Assembly: GCA_035084275.1 (NCBI GenBank)
Contig: CM068771.1
Location: 4,154,001 to 4,218,000 of the forward strand
Reading direction: 5' to 3'
DNA: 64,000 bases
DNA from: Hydrolagus colliei
Lineage: Eukaryota
The notes below the pieces were generated by a model that saw nothing but the letters and a program-made list of their open reading frames with translations, made no database searches and was not told where the DNA came from. The translations under genes and the position numbers were made by a program. Below, piece after piece: positions 61,986 to 64,000 of the stretch (position 1 is the stretch's first letter; each line of letters opens with the position of its first letter).

Positions 61986-62116
61986 GGGAGGAAATGTCTG
62001 GTTCATTTCCGTCCGCCGGGAAATGTCCGGGAAGTGTCTGGTTCCTTCCCGAAGCGGTCGATGTCCCGCCCCCTTTCCCCCCCTCCCGCTGGCTGCTGAT
62101 TGGCCGCCCCCAGGGA
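61986..62116 (-). promoter_or_regulatory. Promoter of TIGD copy 3
   Basis: Same motifs as copy 1. Confidence 0.55.
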
Positions 62117-64000
62117 GCTTCAGCGAGTGGCTTACTGGAACAGACCAGGTTTGAGGCAGGAGGAAACACACACACACTTTATCTGCCGTGTTAGTATTAG
62201 TGCCCAGTCCCTCTTCACAAGTACCACTTTACCCTCTTTTCCCCCTTTCTCCCCCGGCCCCGATTTGGCTGCCGCGTTTCGCCCACAAACGTACAGTCAA
62301 TTCTCCTACCCTCCTTCATCCCACCCCGACCCCTCCCCATCACCCCTGCTCTTGTCCCTACCTGTCTGTACAGCTCCTCGGGACGTCCCCTCGACGCGAA
62401 AGGCGATATATAAACGTACGTTTTGATTGATTTAGTGGATGAAACGTGGCAGCCATTTGCACACGGCAGTGTCCCACAAACAGCCGTTGATTGGGTGACC
62501 CACAATCGAGTAACACGGGCATTCCTACTTACCACTAGTTAAACAGAGGCATGCGAAGGTACTTCCCTGCCCAGGAATCGACTCTGGGTCCTCTCGCTCG
62601 AGAGGCGAGAGAGCTAACCACTGAACTGCAAGACTCCACAAACTCAACGGTGCTCGATTGCCTTTGCAATCTGCACACCAACTGATTCACTGGGACTATT
62701 TAAGCTGTTGTTGGCTGAATGAGAATATTGGTCATGTATTGCAGAATGCACAGCTTTGAATATACATCTTGAAATACAATAATAATAATAATAATCCTTG
62801 CATTTGACGCAGCGCTTTTCACACTTCATCGTCTTAGAGATTTTTCAAAGCGCTTCACGGAATATACTGTGAAGTGAAGCGACTGTATATATTTGTGGGC
62901 GAAACGCAGCAGCCAATTGCGCACAGCAGCGTCCCCCACACACAGTCGTGGATTGAAATGACAAATTTCTTTATTGTGTTTATTTGGAGGGATTATTATT
63001 GTGTGTGTGTGTGTGTCTGTGTGTATGTGTGGAGTAAGGAAACTTGCCCAAGGTTTCGCCCTGACCTGCCTGGATTTGAACACAGGTCTCACGCTCGTGA
63101 AGGCGAGTGCTCTAACCACTGAGCTACAGGAGCTACAGAATATAATATATTATGTTATAACGAGGGCTGGTTTAAAGCAAAATCTCAGAAGTATCCAATA
63201 CCAATGCCATTTTAGAAACTAAATTTAAAAATTTTGTTTAATTAAATTTAAAATATCTCCCCGAGAGCCAACCCCCTCCCGCCCGATCTAAGCCTGCTCT
63301 TCCCTTGTGGAGAGGTGCAGCCATGTGGTCGGTGACTGAGAGTGAAACTCGTCTCTTCGCTTCTCACACGATTGCAAACAGTGGCTCCAACGCGCCCCTC
63401 ACTGGCCAGCCTTAACACACAGCTTCCAATTGTGTGTGTGTGTGCACAGTCAGTATGTGTGTGTGCGTGTGTGTGTGTGTGTATGTAAAGTCTATGTGTA
63501 TGTATCTGTGTGTATGCAGACTGTGTGTTTGTAGTCTGTGTGTACAGTATGTGTGTGGGCGTATATACATTCTGTGTGTGTACAGTATATTGACTACAAA
63601 CACTGACTACACACATACACTACAGTGTGTGAAGTATACAGTAGTTTACGGTGTGTGAGTGTATGTACGATCAGTGGATATACACAGTCACTGTGGGTCT
63701 AAATAAATGCAAACTAAGAATAAGAATAATCCTCGCATTTGGTACAGCACCTCATTAGGTCTTTGAGACGTCTCAAAGCCAGAGTACACTGTAACAGACT
63801 GTACATTTTGTGGGCAAAATGCTGTAGCCAACTGCGCACAGCAGCGTCCCCCCAAAAGGTAGTGGATCGAGGGACCAAATTCTTATAGTTTTTTATTTTT
63901 TAAGGGATTATTACTCCCGAAAATGGCAACTCGCCAATCGACAGGTTTCTACTTGCTGCTAGGCATATAGAGGCCCCATCCTACTTAACCAATCTACTCT

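Larger units (their letters stand above)
46319..64000. repeat. Tandem segmental duplication unit 3 (truncated by window end)
   Basis: Colinear with units 1 and 2 up to the position equivalent to ~17455. Keeps 584 bp (53960-54543) missing from units 1 and 2. Confidence 0.97.

Overview
Vertebrate genomic DNA, probably a cartilaginous fish; this is inferred only from its CR1/L2/Penelope/Deu-type SINE repertoire. The window is three near-identical head-to-tail copies of a 22-24 kb unit (1-22223, 22224-46318, 46319-64000+). Each unit holds a multi-exon butyrophilin-like gene (+; signal peptide-IgV-IgC-TM-two micro-exons-B30.2, 455 aa), an intronless heat-inducible HSP70 (+) and an intronless, catalytically dead Tigger/pogo-derived transposase gene (-, 509 aa). 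Units 1 and 2 also show an orphan ITIM-bearing terminal exon (+); the unit-3 equivalent would lie past the window end. Main observations: (1) the butyrophilin ectodomain, TM and micro-exons are protein-identical in all copies, while the B30.2 exon differs at 19 of 173 residues with only 2 synonymous codon changes, in a patchwork pattern; (2) two of three HSP70 copies share a CGA>TGA stop that removes the C-terminal EEVD; (3) the orphan exon encodes VTYAEI and, in unit 1, TEYSSI; (4) an ISRE lies upstream of the butyrophilin and serially duplicated HSE modules lie upstream of HSP70; (5) a 2.6 kb DNA transposon with a 5-bp TSD is inserted in unit 2 only. All comparisons were made by eye. Three N-gaps and the near-identity of the units mean assembly mosaicism cannot be excluded.
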